Part shown: positions 1 to 7,100 of the stretch, in pieces
How positions within the stretch are numbered: position 1 is the stretch's first letter
Layout of the letters: every line of letters begins with the position of its first letter
Virus record (IMG/VR): IMGVR_UViG_3300038428_000489
Direction: 5' to 3' (one strand)
Source of the DNA: an uncultured virus (IMG/VR IMGVR_UViG_3300038428_000489)
Taxonomy: Duplodnaviria; Heunggongvirae; Uroviricota; Caudoviricetes
Length of the DNA stretch: 20,000 nucleotides
Translations under genes and position numbers: made by a program
Notes under the pieces: model-generated
Databases searched by the model: none
Told to the model about the DNA's origin: nothing
Seen by the model: only the letters and a program-made list of their open reading frames with translations

Positions 1-159
1 CTGCCAGCCGGCGATGTCGGATATTTCCAGAGCCACCGCCATTGGGGTTTTGCTGGCAACAGAAGCCATCACATCCGCCATATCCGCCACAAAGGTTACG
101 CTCAACTGCGCTCCACCCGTGGCACCAATCAGTACTACCGCTGTTCCTGTAATTGCCAT
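1..159 (-). CDS. Hypothetical protein, 3'-truncated (MAITGTAVVLIGATGGAQLSVTFVADMADVMASVASKTPMAVALEISDIAGWQ...)
   Basis: Translated by hand (not in ORF track). ATG at 159 is preceded by a strong AAGGAG RBS and the frame is open to the window edge. Confidence 0.75.
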   Translation of the reverse strand, partial: MAITGTAVVLIGATGGAQLSVTFVADMADVMASVASKTPMAVALEISDIAGWQ

Positions 160-311
160 GTTGGTTTCTCCTTTTCATAACAAATAATGGTTCTTTTTCT
201 TACACCGCTTAATGGGTAATCATCAAAATTCCATATCTTGTCCCAAGGCATTTCTCCTGTGTGTGGAGGATAACGCCTTTGGTTAATATATTCTACGAAG
301 ATGTCGCCCAT
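135..311 (-). CDS. Small hypothetical protein, 58 aa (MGDIFVEYINQRRYPPHTGEMPWDKIWNFDDYPLSGVRKRTIICYEKEKPTWQLQEQR)
   Basis: Translated by hand. ATG at 311 follows GGGAAGGA; TAG at 135-137. It fills the gap between neighbours and overlaps the next gene by 25 nt. Confidence 0.5.
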   Translation of the reverse strand: MGDIFVEYINQRRYPPHTGEMPWDKIWNFDDYPLSGVRKRTIICYEKEKPTWQLQEQR

Positions 312-325
312 TAATTTATCCTTCC

Positions 326-523
326 CTACTTTTGCGAATCTGTCAACTCCATTTGTCCTTGCTCGAAGGGCAACTCGGGTCTATTCCACAGGGAAGCCCA
401 ACAGCAAATATGCTTCGGCAACCTACAAAATCCGTCTATCTTCCAGTGGATGCAGGCTTTAATGGGATATGGATAAAGAGTCAAAACTATTCCCATAACC
501 ATGTCCGGGCATTTTTCACTCAA
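326..523 (-). CDS. Small Cys-rich hypothetical protein (65 aa from TTG)
   Basis: 3' part of track ORF 326..580. TTG at 523 overlaps the endolysin stop (TTGA) with GGAG just upstream. Contains five Cys (CPD, CIHW, FCR, ICC). Confidence 0.5.
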   Translation of the reverse strand: MSEKCPDMVMGIVLTLYPYPIKACIHWKIDGFCRLPKHICCWASLWNRPELPFEQGQMELTDSQK

Positions 524-900
524 GTCGTCTCCGGCATCCGCCAGGCGATAGCATCTTCCATAGGAATATGCTCGATACACACCTCATGGTCGCCCTTCTG
601 GTTCCCGCCTATAAAATTCTCCCCATGATGTTTGAACGCTACATGGCTGAAACTGAAAACCACGATGGCACCAAAGGGTTTCGTATCAGAAACATCCTTA
701 CCCCAATGCTTCCAAGAGAAGGCCGCCGCCGATCCGGTGCCTTTGATTCCCACCTGCTTCAAGCACCAATTCTCGAAAGCAGAGCAATAAGGCGTATGGC
801 CGTCAGGATTGGGATAATTTGTTGCTGAAAAATATTTTAAATCATCGGGTTCTTTAACACCGATTTCCTTTTCAGCTATATCCATCCAGGGTGTTTTCAT
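520..900 (-). CDS. TIGR02594-type CHAP/NlpC-P60-like cysteine peptidoglycan hydrolase (endolysin)
   Basis: Family motifs PWMDIAEKEIGVKE, TPYCSAF-x-NWCL (catalytic Cys), SAAAFSWKHWG, GAIVVF, HVAF (catalytic His) and GGNQ. GGAG RBS; directly downstream of a TM protein. Confidence 0.9.
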   Translation of the reverse strand: MKTPWMDIAEKEIGVKEPDDLKYFSATNYPNPDGHTPYCSAFENWCLKQVGIKGTGSAAAFSWKHWGKDVSDTKPFGAIVVFSFSHVAFKHHGENFIGGNQKGDHEVCIEHIPMEDAIAWRMPETT

Positions 901-903
901 TTA

Positions 904-1365
904 TTAGCTCCTGTCTCTTGTCACAACCGCCGCCGCAGCCGCCGCCGCAGCCGTTGCCGCCGATGACGCAGCCGCCGTCGTTGCTCTTATGGCCTCCAGA
1001 AGAGTTGACTGGCTATCCTTTACTTGCTCAAACCACGCCTGCATGTCTTTTCTCAGTTCCCCAAAGGTTTTCCAAATATCCTTGATTTCAGCTTCGTTTC
1101 TATCGCCCTGTTGAACCAAAGCAAGGTGGGCCGGGCAATGTGTAGGGTCAATGAGGCCCCCTGGGTTGCCAAATTTAGGCATTGCGTCTCCTGTTTCACC
1201 GATATTGACATTCACCTCTGCTCTCTCTCCCGAAAGGCGTCTCAAGGCGGCCTTAATCAGCGGCTTCAACCCCATCCCCGCAGCCTGAAGAATGACGATG
1301 GCTACCAGGATGGCGATGATTATCCAGGCATAGGGGTCACAGATATTTTTAAGGGTTTGGGGCAT
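904..1365 (-). CDS. Single-TM holin-like/lysis-associated membrane protein with coiled coil and Ala-rich C-terminus
   Basis: Hydrophobic segment YAWIIIAILVAIVILQAAGMGL followed by basic residues; amphipathic helix IKDIWKTFGELRKDMQAWFEQV; ends 3 nt before the endolysin start. Holin role is inferred from position. Confidence 0.65.
   Translation of the reverse strand: MPQTLKNICDPYAWIIIAILVAIVILQAAGMGLKPLIKAALRRLSGERAEVNVNIGETGDAMPKFGNPGGLIDPTHCPAHLALVQQGDRNEAEIKDIWKTFGELRKDMQAWFEQVKDSQSTLLEAIRATTAAASSAATAAAAAAAAVVTRDRS
927..984. repeat. Imperfect GCN trinucleotide tract encoding ATTAAASSAATAAAAAAAAV
   Basis: ccgccgccgcagccgccgccgcagccgttgccgccgatgacgcagccgcc on the + strand. Confidence 0.8.
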
Positions 1366-1397
1366 TTAATAATTCCCCGTTATTAGGACGGTTTTGA

Positions 1398-2768
1398 TCA
1401 TATCGCTCCCCATTTTTCCAAGTCTTTGTACCGGTTCAGATGCGAGTCCAGATGCTCCTGCAGGGGCCAGAACTGCTTGTTGCCGGTGATCTCAATGCCG
1501 TCCACCTTCTTGAAGGCTTTCCCGATTGCCGCCTCCATATCTTCATCGTGCCCCACGCCCACCCCGATCAGCCCATCGTTGCCAGCCACCCGGAAGACAC
1601 CCAAGGAATCCTCCAAGACATCAAGCCAGGAAAAGTCGGATTCCTCCAATTTGCTGCTGATGAGGTTCCCGACGATCATCTCCTCAAAGTCCTTCCGATT
1701 GTTTTCCGTGGGCGGGAAGGGGGCCAGGGAGAGCACCTGGCTGGCTACGAAGCCGGGTTTCCAAACGGTTTGGAAAGGATTAAGGAAAAAATTGCCAACT
1801 TTTCCTTTCATAATGAACTTCAGCAGCAAGTAGAAGGCGCTCCACCCCAGTCTCAGGGTCCACTCAAGGATCCAGGCTTGAAGATCCGGAGTAATGATGC
1901 AGTTGGCCGAGATCGGGCCGCAGTAGCCTCTCAGGAGGCCGGCAGCGACCGTAATCTGCTTATAGATGATACCCCCAGGGTCATCGTCCAGCCACACCGT
2001 GTTGACCGCCGAGCCCACCCTGGGACCTGATTTTCGGGAGTGGAGCTTCTTATCCTCCAGGGTGCTACTGAAAGGCCCCAGCTTGCCGTCCGGCCCCTTC
2101 CAGACCTCCCGGTCCAGTTCCGCCACCTCACCCTCAACAGCCTGCTGCAGGACGCAATTCACCTTGTCGGTGCCGAGCCGCTTTGGGACTTTGTTTGTGA
2201 GGTAGTCGATGAGCTGAGCCGGCGTGCCATCGAAGGTGAGGTCCAGGGCCAGATTGTCGTCCGCTTTGAAGTACCATTTCTCCCTTTTCTGGCCCTCGGA
2301 GCTTTGTAGGAACCGAACAGCTTCCTTAATGGTTTTGAAGTCCTGGTAAGGCGGGATGCTAAAACCGCATTTTCGGGCGAACTCGATGCCTTTGGATCGA
2401 TCAAGCTCATATTGAGCAACCTCTTCACCGCCTCCAATGACCAGCTTGTCCCAGGGCGGGCGTTTAAGGATGTCCCCCAGGCGCCCGTAGAGATCGGGGA
2501 CATTGTGGCTGATGTTGAACTTGTCCAGGAGGGCCAGATCACGATAGGTTCTCCTATTCTTTACGATGGTGTCGATGCAGATGACCTCGGCCTTCTTGAC
2601 CGCGGCCACCAAGTCGTCCAACCCGACTCGGGGGAGGATGTTCTTGTAGCTGTTTTGGTAGTGGAGGTCGTGAAGATAGATTTGGCAGGGGATGCCTTCA
2701 CGCAGAAGGTCCCGCATGACTGGCAGAGTCTCTCCTTTGCAGGAGAGGATGCAGAGGCTATTTTTCAC
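1398..2768 (-). CDS. PurD (GAR synthetase)-like ATP-grasp ligase, divergent; probably not a true PurD
   Basis: Collinear with PurD motifs: AQYELDRSKGIEFARKCGFSIPPYQDF (AQLEGSK-F-K-FM--GIPTA-Y--F), YFKADD (VVKADG), VLQQAVEG (VIEEFLEG), EDKK...SGPRVGS (QDHKR...TGPNTGG), YCGPISANCIIT...ILEWTLRLG (Y-G-LY-GLM-T...VLEFN-RFG), C-domain EAAIGKAFKKVDGI. GTG start overlaps the upstream stop (GTGA). Confidence 0.85.
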   Translation of the reverse strand: MKNSLCILSCKGETLPVMRDLLREGIPCQIYLHDLHYQNSYKNILPRVGLDDLVAAVKKAEVICIDTIVKNRRTYRDLALLDKFNISHNVPDLYGRLGDILKRPPWDKLVIGGGEEVAQYELDRSKGIEFARKCGFSIPPYQDFKTIKEAVRFLQSSEGQKREKWYFKADDNLALDLTFDGTPAQLIDYLTNKVPKRLGTDKVNCVLQQAVEGEVAELDREVWKGPDGKLGPFSSTLEDKKLHSRKSGPRVGSAVNTVWLDDDPGGIIYKQITVAAGLLRGYCGPISANCIITPDLQAWILEWTLRLGWSAFYLLLKFIMKGKVGNFFLNPFQTVWKPGFVASQVLSLAPFPPTENNRKDFEEMIVGNLISSKLEESDFSWLDVLEDSLGVFRVAGNDGLIGVGVGHDEDMEAAIGKAFKKVDGIEITGNKQFWPLQEHLDSHLNRYKDLEKWGAI

Positions 2769-3256
2769 GGATTTTTAGCCTTAATTGTTACAGTTACCTC
2801 TCCATCTTTATCAACCGGAATCCTCCCCCGGGTATCCTCAATTCCCCGGCAATGCTCCTGCCAGTTACCGCCGGCAGCTTCCAGGAAGGCCCGCTCCACC
2901 AGCAGCGCGAGAACATGGGCCTCATCGTAGAGATTGCGGAGTTCGGGAGGGATGGCTTCGTAAGCCTGGGCTGAGTTTGACATTTTTACAAATGCGTGGG
3001 CCTTTGATATACCTTCCGGGGCCCTGGCGTAGGCGATAGCTGCCTCTTTGAAATTGTCCATGATGTCGATCTGTTCTTCGGTGATCCCGGCAGCCCGCAG
3101 GATAGCCGACTCGTTGAACTCGTGGAGCAGGACGGCTTGCTGGCTCAGAGGGGGCATCCCGTCCCAGGCCTCGATGACATCGCCGTGCCAATCCCCGGAC
3201 GTGTCGTAACGCATGGCCGGGCTGGTGCGCCAGATGACTTTCGTGAAATCCCACAT
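2765..3256 (-). CDS. Hypothetical phage protein with HExxE...H...E putative metal-binding motif
   Basis: GAGG RBS. Motifs RYDTSGDW, LLHEFNE (HEFNE at 3110-3124), GITEEQID, AHVLALLVER and W-x2-H. 4-nt overlap with the ATP-grasp gene. Confidence 0.75.
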   Translation of the reverse strand: MWDFTKVIWRTSPAMRYDTSGDWHGDVIEAWDGMPPLSQQAVLLHEFNESAILRAAGITEEQIDIMDNFKEAAIAYARAPEGISKAHAFVKMSNSAQAYEAIPPELRNLYDEAHVLALLVERAFLEAAGGNWQEHCRGIEDTRGRIPVDKDGEVTVTIKAKNP

Positions 3257-3371
3257 TTTCTTTCCTCTTTAGCTTTCCTCATGGCTTCCCAATCAGCTCT
3301 GGGAGGTCTTGGTAAAATGCTTCGGAAGCGACAAGTTAGGAATTCAATCATTGGGATATTCCCAAGATTAC

Positions 3372-3704
3372 CTAGTTGACAATGAGATAGTTAAAAGTTT
3401 CACTCCCCGTTGCCCCTATATGGGTAATGGTGAACGAGACTCCAGCCGATTTCCCGCTGATGTACGGAACCAGGGTAGCGACAGTAGCCGCCAAGTTGGT
3501 GGGGAATAAGAATATCAGTGAATTAGCCGTCACCGCAGCATTGTTTACCGTAGTGGTTGCCCCAGCCGTCAGGGTTACAGGTCCGCCATGAAGGGAAGCC
3601 TGCTTGGCGTTCAAGAGCGCCATAAGGTCGGATTGGGTCGATATGACCCCAATAATGTCACCCCATTCAAAACCACTAATTTCGCTTGGAGGAAAGGTAT
3701 CCAT
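3372..3704 (-). CDS. Small fibre-like virion protein (N-terminal fibre motif plus C-terminal beta domain)
   Basis: AAGGAG RBS. WGDIIGVISTQSDLMALLNAKQ resembles the WG-I-G-LS-Q-DL--AL--K segment of phage fibres. Thr/Ala-rich beta C-terminus VTLTAGATTTV...SFTITH...FNYLIVN. Confidence 0.65.
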   Translation of the reverse strand: MDTFPPSEISGFEWGDIIGVISTQSDLMALLNAKQASLHGGPVTLTAGATTTVNNAAVTANSLIFLFPTNLAATVATLVPYISGKSAGVSFTITHIGATGSETFNYLIVN

Positions 3705-3715
3705 TGACTCTCTCC

Positions 3716-4096
3716 TTAAACCCCGATGAATGGAGACAGTACATTGCCGGTGTTGGCCGTGACCTTGACTTTAAGCCAGCGCAGAGGAGTTTTGATCGCC
3801 AAAATTTCCTCAGTTGGCGCCGCGTAAGTTTTGGTTACAAAAAGCTGGTATCCATCGTAACTGTTAAGTGGCTGAGCGACCAGCATAGAACCGCAGACCT
3901 CGAAAGTGGCCGCGGTATCGCACCAGAGGCTCAGACACATCTTGTCGTAAGATTTAGTCTGAATCCATTGACCATTGGTGGTGCCTGATAAAGGAATGAC
4001 ATTAATTAATTTATTCTGGGCATCCAATACCAGATCACCCAGAAGGTCCCCTTCGACATTTGCTTTCGGATCGGTAAACCGTACAACTCCAGGCAT
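3716..4096 (-). CDS. Hypothetical beta-sandwich protein, possibly structural
   Basis: AAGGAG RBS. Alternating beta patterns TNGQWIQ, ATFEVCGS and LRWLKVKVTANTGNV suggest a jelly-roll (inference). Confidence 0.7.
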   Translation of the reverse strand: MPGVVRFTDPKANVEGDLLGDLVLDAQNKLINVIPLSGTTNGQWIQTKSYDKMCLSLWCDTAATFEVCGSMLVAQPLNSYDGYQLFVTKTYAAPTEEILAIKTPLRWLKVKVTANTGNVLSPFIGV

Positions 4097-4155
4097 GATC
4101 TGTCTCCTTATTTCCCCATAAAGGAATTTTGGTTAAATATCAAGTGCATTTGTCC

Positions 4156-7100
4156 TTATAAACCCAAGAACTGATACCTATCCGTTTTCTTTCGAGTCTT
4201 TCCCGGCTGTCCAACCTTCTCCAAGTTCTTCTCAATGTCGGCGCTGATCGCCTCGTTGACCTCATCCATTCCGGGCGTTTCCGTGGCCGGTCTTAGAATC
4301 CCCAGGCCGGTAAGGTCCTGGCCCGCCAGCGGCTCCTCCGGCATCTGCATATCCTGAATGGTGTCGGCCACCTTATCCATATCCAACTCTCTCAAGAGGG
4401 GAACCAGGGCGTCCCGGTTACGGATAAGCATTTCCGGCTTGGCATTGGCGATCTTCCTCTGCATCAGGGGTGTCCATTGCTGGCGCTCATAGTCTGATGC
4501 CTGTTCCATAGTCCGCGCCATCCATTCAAGCGGAAGCCTATAAAATCGAGCTTGCCCCGCGGGGACTTGGCTCTCTTCCACGATCTCCTTGACCTGCTGG
4601 CGCGTCAATTTCCCCTCACTCACCGCCTGTGTGGCTGCTTCTTCAAATCCCTCGCTATCTTCATCCCGTGCCATCTTTGTCAAATCGCCCCGGAGCTTTT
4701 TGGTCTCTGCCGATTCCTTAGTAGTAGTGGAGGCCCGCATTAACTGTTTATATTCGTCGATGACATTCTGCGCCGGGGTATTGGCGATTTCACGGGGGAC
4801 TGGTCTTACTCCAAATAGACTCAAAGCCGCTCTCTCCGGTCCTTGCTTTGCTCCTTTCTGATAGCTTTGCAGAATAAAGGGCGATGCCTGCTTGGTCATA
4901 TATTTCAGGACACCCCAAGCTTGCTGGCTGTAAGGATCGTAATGGTCGGCGATCTGGTTGCCCCAATAATCCTTATTCTCAATAAGATCGCTGATGATAT
5001 GGATAAAAGTCGCTTCCTTGGCCGTCACGGTGCGGAAGGGATGTTTCCATAACCCCATGGCGTCCTTTAGGTAAGAAGGAAGCTGCAACCGTTCCTCGGC
5101 ACCGTTGGGCATAGTCTCGCCAGTAGCCGGGTAGAAATAATCCTTGAGCTGTTCCGGTTTCTTTCCGGTGAAGGCCCAGTGCATAAGCCCACCCATCATT
5201 CCCACAGAAAAGAGTAAGCCTGTAGCATATTGCAACGCAAGACGATCCTGCATCTTTAAATCTCTGACGGGTTCTCCCCGGGCGAAATCCACCGCTTTCA
5301 TCAAAACATCCTTGGCTCCGGCAAAGCTGCGGGAAGCCAGTTTGGCACTCCCGATGTTGAACCGGGGGAACTGAATGATGGCTCCGAAAAGGCTTTTGAC
5401 CGTGGCGTTCATAGCCACATTGTCCTTGGCTACCTCCCCCCAGACATTATCGGCGTGCTCGCGGACCTCATAGGCTATCCGGGCTTCTTCCTCGGGGGTG
5501 GCGGGGCGCCCCTGCGTTCTCTGAAACCGTTCCACTTCCTTGTTAAATTCCAGATAGATTTGCCCGTTTTTGCCCTGGGGCACCACATAATCCATCAGAC
5601 CAGCAGAGGCGGTTTTCAGTAAATGGCCCGTAGCCTGTAAGGGATGAAGAGGCCCTGCTTCCCAGACATCTTGAAGATGCCCGGCTAGAATCTTTTTCAA
5701 ATTGGTTTCTGCTGCTGGCCGAGTTCCGCCACCTACCAGAATCTTGGCTATTTCCAAGACATGAGCGTCAGCCTTCTCAGGATTCATCAGGGCGCGGTCG
5801 AACTTCAAACCTTGTCTCATGTAGATAGGTAGTGCTGCGGGCGCAGTAACCAACTGGCCAAGTCCGCCAGCCACCCTCGGCAAATCTCCGTGGAACAGCC
5901 CTCCGACGGTATCCGATAGACCAGCCCATGACTGGCTGGCCATAGAATTGATGCCTTCAAAGAAGAAATGCCAGCCGGATAGGGCCATCTGCATATGCCT
6001 GATACCATAGAGGCTCCTAGTATAAAGCTGGTAGGCATCGCTGCCTTCCAACCCCCGGCCCACGAAATTTTCCACTTGGCGCACCACTTCATCGGGGCCG
6101 ACTCGGTATCCGACTCGCATCCAGCCTTTGAGTGCCGGGATTTCCTCATAACCCATGCGTTCTCCGCCAGGAATAATACCGCCTTTTTTTGCCCCAGGGA
6201 TTGTTATTTGTCGGTCTGACCCCCCCAAAGGTAAAGTTTCTTCATCTGCACGTTCTGGGATCGCTTGCACAGCCCGACGCTCCACCTTTTTCCAAACCTC
6301 CCCATAGGAACCGGGAAACTGGCGATAGCCTTCCGGCATTCTGTCCAGGCTCTTTACTACCTCTACTTTTCCCGCATTTTTCAAATCAGCGATGATTCTC
6401 TGGCTGCCGATAAAGGCTTCATGGGCGGCCCGGCCTGCCATAACCGATTGCGCCAAGGTCGGGAACCTCGGCTCTAATCCGGCTTCAATCCCTGCCGGGA
6501 TGCTGACCACGGTTCTCAGGTTACGGAAATATTGAGGCCCTTCCAAGGAGCGGGTCCGCCCCTCAAAGATAGCTTTTTTAAGTGCCTCCAATTTCTCACT
6601 CGGTTTCCATAGATGATCCATATAATTGGAGAGATCGTTCATGCTGATGCCGAGTTCATGGATGGCAGCCACTTGACGGCGCTCTTCCGGTTTGTAGCTA
6701 TCGGCAAAGGCTTTCAAAGTGGGGTCTTTGACTTGATCCGCCTTGCCGCTTTCATAAAGGCGGAGAAAATCAAGCACCCGGGGGTCATCGAAGCGGGTAT
6801 CTTTATCGAAATCCGCAAAACTCCGGTTCATACGGGTAACTTCGGCTTGGACCTCGGCAGTCCGCCCCGCAATAATCTGGTGGGTCCACCTGCCCTCTTC
6901 GGTGCGGCGGGCCGGGTAGAAAAGACGGCTCAGGGTATCTTTAACTCCCGTGTAGTGAGCGTGAGCCGCTTCTACATTTCCTTTCACGGCACCGGTGATA
7001 CCGCCCACTATCTGCCAGGGGCGTTCTCCTTCCACGCCTTCATCTTCCCGCACCCGGTATCTGGTCGGCGCCAAGGCCTCGGGTAACTCCTTCCCCCGGG

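Noticed and set aside
524..580. Upstream start for ORF 326..580 given in the track
   Set aside because: It lies inside the endolysin gene; the TTG at 523 with an RBS and TTGA coupling is more plausible.
1398..2768. Annotating this gene as purD (purine biosynthesis auxiliary gene)
   Set aside because: Substrate-binding motifs of GAR synthetase are missing or altered and no other pur genes are nearby.
3145..3365. 68-aa ORF 3145..3351 with a small hairpin (ttggga-tat-tcccaa, 3351-3365) over its start region
   Set aside because: It overlaps the 163-aa gene by over 100 nt, the RBS is weak, and a 6-bp stem without a U-tract is too weak to call. Translation of the ORF cannot be excluded.
4115..4143. 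Possible sigma70 promoter on the minus strand (TTGATA-17 nt-TATGGG) in the 59-bp gap
   Set aside because: The -10 match is poor and the AT-rich gap makes a chance match likely.
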